Of a DNA stretch of 64,000 nt, positions 62,331 through 64,000 are shown piece by piece. Position 1 is the first letter of the stretch; each line of letters opens with the position of its first letter. Position numbers and translations under genes: made by a program. The notes below the pieces were generated by a model. The model saw only the letters and a program-made list of their open reading frames with translations, had not been told where the DNA came from and ran no database searches. Source of the DNA: Haplodiscus bocki (taxonomy: Eukaryota). The stretch spans positions 91,884,001 through 91,948,000 of the forward strand of contig OZ296648.1 of the NCBI GenBank assembly GCA_965655095.1. Reading direction: 5' to 3'.

Positions 62331-64000
62331 GGTCTCTTCATGGCCTGGGAGTAATTTTTCTTCTAGTAAGTGAAAACGAATTTTATTGGCATTCGCTCCT
62401 AGTTAAACTGGAGATTGTTGTGCCATTGCTACTTTATTTCAATGACAATGAAGGCCGACAAACTGATTTTAGCTATTCTTCAAAACTTGTCTCTTGCGCA
62501 CTACAGAGCAACAGGCAGCGTTTGAGTTGATTCCAATTGTTGATTGCCTTGACTACCGATGCTGTAAAAATCACTACACACGCCTTTTCATCAGAAAATT
62601 TATCGATTTTTCAGTAGCCTAAAAGTGTCAGTGGCCTGAGTATAAATCATATTGGCTTTTATCACACAGAAATGCTGTCTTACCTCGCTGTGAGAGTCAA
62701 TGCAGTGGTAAATCATTACGAAAAGTTTCAACCGTCATTCCTTGTGCTCCAGCAACAACTTCCACTGGCATTCAAACATAATCGTAGCGATGCCGAACTT
62801 TTTTCATTCAAATGCAAATATCAAAAGGTTCGCCGAAGTCGGGGTTGCTCGTAATGCTTAAAATATTTATGGTGGACTTCCGTTTTTCGAAAAATGTTGG
62901 CTTTCTGACAGAAAAATAGCGTTATCTCTGGTTTTGTTCGGAAAAATTTTGTCTCAGTTACAAAATTTGCGTCGAGACCTTTGAGTGCCATCACATTGCC
63001 TGAAAAAAAAAGAATTCAATTTTTTCAAAAAAGGTGCTTGTAAGGGCGTATCGGGAAAACTGTTTTCGGTGTGGTGATCAACTTACTGGAAAATGAATGG
63101 TTTTCTCTGGGAGTTAGCGAGGTCACCATTTAAATCTCCCTTTTGGGGTATATATTATCATTGTCTACCGCATATGCTGTTTTTTTTTATAACTTCTAAA
63201 GGCCTCGTGAATGCGCGTACTAGGTCCGTGAAATTTGTTGAAAACGTCACGTCGCACTCTGTGATTTCTTCAATAAAAAACTAAGTTCTATAATAGTCGG
63301 GCTTTTATAATAGTCGGGAATATAAATTCAGCTCCAAATAAAAGGAACTCCTCACCGCGAATGAAGCCTGCAAAACTAACATTTTCGTTTTTATTGCCCA
63401 GAGTCGACAGAGTCTGAATAGCTCCTTCTTCAGGGCAACTTGGTCCTGCAATGTCATCAGCAAGTTCCAAATTGCGCGTAGTTGGCAATTTTCTCGTTTT
63501 CGTGTGGTTTCGATTGTCCACGCTAGTTCGAGAGCTTTTTGATGAACACGCGATAACTTGCTCAACTCGAACTTGAAGGATATGGGCTGCAACATGCTTG
63601 ATGACCTTTCCTTCACTAACTGCTCCAAGGATCCCTTCTGTCCCTGGTTGTAACATACTTTCCCACCGCAAACATCCTTCATTAGTTTGCCAGCGGATTT
63701 ATAAGATGAACTAGAAAAGTCAGATGTAGTTTTTTCAAGAGAATATCTGAAAATTGGACATTTGATCACAAATTGGGCATTTTGAAAATTGAACATTGCC
63801 GTCACAGCTGATTAATGTTTGGTCCTTTGGCTCCAGAATTAAAAGGAGGCATTGGCGAAAAGACCAAGGACTTCACTTCGGAACCTACCAGGATCCATGC
63901 TGATTCTTCGTGATTTTCTCGAGGGTATTGGCACTACGAAGTAATACGGTCGGTAGAATCAAGTGTAGTTGTCTCAGATAACCCATAAATTTTGCTCAGC

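Overview
AT-rich, repeat-dense eukaryotic (metazoan, invertebrate-like) genomic DNA; no prokaryotic-style system (operon, CRISPR, rRNA, intact tRNA) is visible. The right half carries the 5' part of a multi-exon TEP1 gene (telomerase/vault-associated protein component 1) on the + strand. I reconstructed 17 phase-compatible GT-AG coding exons from about 29442 to 59160 (3005 nt, about 1001 codons: N-terminal region, TROVE domain, vWA-like region, DUF4062-like region). The NACHT and WD40 parts are not seen and presumably lie beyond the window. The left half is mostly decayed retroelements: (1) an LTR-element 5' end with a tRNA-Lys primer-binding site; (2) a CR1-like LINE with a second, full-length, TSD-flanked L2/CR1-group LINE inserted at its 5' end; (3) a possible Penelope-like relic; (4) the 3' end of an LTR element carrying a class-I fusion (baculovirus-F/errantivirus-like) env gene, a small extra ORF, a polypurine tract and an LTR. 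Also present are a near-identical 609-bp tandem duplication, an RTE LINE fragment, and two dispersed repeat families with internal tRNA-like Pol III modules, one ending in a conserved double-hairpin motif. The most interesting items are the env-bearing element, the non-canonical tRNA-module repeats, and a Pol III-like unit inside a TEP1 intron. All protein identifications come from recognising motifs by eye, not from database searches.
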